A stretch of 30,138 nucleotides of DNA. It comes from Verrucomicrobiota bacterium (lineage in GTDB: Bacteria; Verrucomicrobiota; Verrucomicrobiia; Limisphaerales; CANJSG01). The stretch covers positions 1 through 30,138 of the forward strand of contig JBBQXJ010000060.1 of NCBI GenBank assembly GCA_038209745.1, read 5' to 3'. The notes under the pieces are model-generated. The model worked only from the letters and a program-made list of their open reading frames with translations. It made no database searches and was not told the origin of the DNA. Position 1 is the stretch's first letter; each line of letters begins with the position of its first letter. Shown piece after piece: positions 29,137 to 30,138 of the stretch. Made by a program: the position numbers and the translations under genes.

Positions 29137-29832
29137 TTAGTTTTCGCCTACGGGAGCCTGTCCGAAGACGACCGTGTCGCGGTAGCGTTTGTTGTCGGCC
29201 CGGATGCGTGAGACCAACGTCTTGCCCACGGCGAAGAGAAACGGAGCGGCAAGATGAGGGGCGTCCCCGACGAGGCGCTTGAACGAGGCGGCCGAGATCT
29301 TCAGTAAAGTGCTGTCCATGTTGGCGACGACGCCGGCGGAGCGGGGGCCATGATCGAAAAGGGCGATTTCGCCGAAGAATTCGCCCGCGCCCAACGTGGT
29401 GAGGATCTTCTCGCGACCGTCGATCATGAGGCGCACGCGGACTTCCCCGTCGAGGATGAGATACATCGCGTCTCCATCGTCGTTCTGACGGACGATATCG
29501 TCCCACTGCTTGACATGGTGGACCTGCATGAAACCGGCGAATTCGACGAGCTGCTCGTTGGAGAGGTCGGCCAGGACCTTGACGCGCCTGAGCGAGCCAG
29601 GCTTGAACCCGAGATTGGCAGTCACGGTCGGGGAAACGCCGAAAAACTTGCCGAGCTCCCCGAGGCTGGCGGCCTTCTTCCAAGCGTCCGACTCGATGAG
29701 GTAGATCCAAGTGACGGCAATGATGCGTTCGTCCTTCACCCATCCCACCAGGGTCGCCAGGTCGATCGGGCCATAGATCGCGTCGTCGTCGCCAAGGATC
29801 TTGTAGCCCGGTTCCAGATTGTCTTGGCTCAT
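29137..29832 (-). CDS. GYF_2-like + cyclic-nucleotide-binding domain protein (no HTH)
   Basis: YKILGDDDAIYGPIDLATLVGWVKDERI at the N-terminus; phosphate-binding cassette GEFFGEIALFDHGPRSAGV. Confidence 0.85.
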   Translation of the reverse strand: MSQDNLEPGYKILGDDDAIYGPIDLATLVGWVKDERIIAVTWIYLIESDAWKKAASLGELGKFFGVSPTVTANLGFKPGSLRRVKVLADLSNEQLVEFAGFMQVHHVKQWDDIVRQNDDGDAMYLILDGEVRVRLMIDGREKILTTLGAGEFFGEIALFDHGPRSAGVVANMDSTLLKISAASFKRLVGDAPHLAAPFLFAVGKTLVSRIRADNKRYRDTVVFGQAPVGEN

Positions 29833-30138
29833 CGCGATGTAATTACGGGAATCAGCGGACGCCCGGAAGGAGAAAACGGCCGGATCCCGTCGGGTTCCGC
29901 GCGGTGCAAACCCGGGCCAAAACGTCCCGTCGAAAGGGTGGTTGCTCTCGGCCGGAGGCCCACTAGGAATCTGCAAGACGCTCCGGCAATTGAATGCCTT
30001 AAGGGGACTTCCAGAAACTCGATTTTCCAGAAAAGAAACAGTCGTTGAAATTGAGCAAGCAGGGCGGGATTTTCGTCCAAGAACGCGTGTCCGAAACCAT
30101 TCGTCCCTCTGAGCTTTCCTTCTTCTCCCTGACCGAGC

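Overview
GC-rich bacterial chromosomal segment, most likely Verrucomicrobiota (inferred from gene content and protein style, not a database result). In order it carries: a disrupted SEC-C/HEAT-like gene; an ECF sigma, anti-sigma and giant secreted multi-propeller operon; a dnaK-groES-groEL cluster with a sigma54-type promoter and no CIRCE; a serine hydrolase; a SYLF/Ysc84 gene broken by one amber codon; ybjQ-yebC-MMPL; a DAHP synthase; a REC-DUF4388 regulator with a roadblock-like partner; a stand-alone lpxA; an internally deleted IS1380; nrdR, an ATP-cone-like gene and a HIT gene; several small conserved genes; an orphan UreF-like gene; a stranded integron-cassette-like lipoprotein gene; an esterase; and a GYF_2-cNMP protein. 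The strongest signal missing from the ORF track is a leaderless 24-codon leader peptide (4 Phe, 2 Trp, 1 Tyr) with a full 1:2/2:3/3:4 attenuator upstream of the DAHP synthase. Also notable are tandem NrdR-like boxes over the nrdR promoter, the sigma54/IHF/enhancer layout upstream of dnaK, and an attC-derived cassette remnant cut by an IS110-like end. All family calls are by motif recognition; no searches were run.
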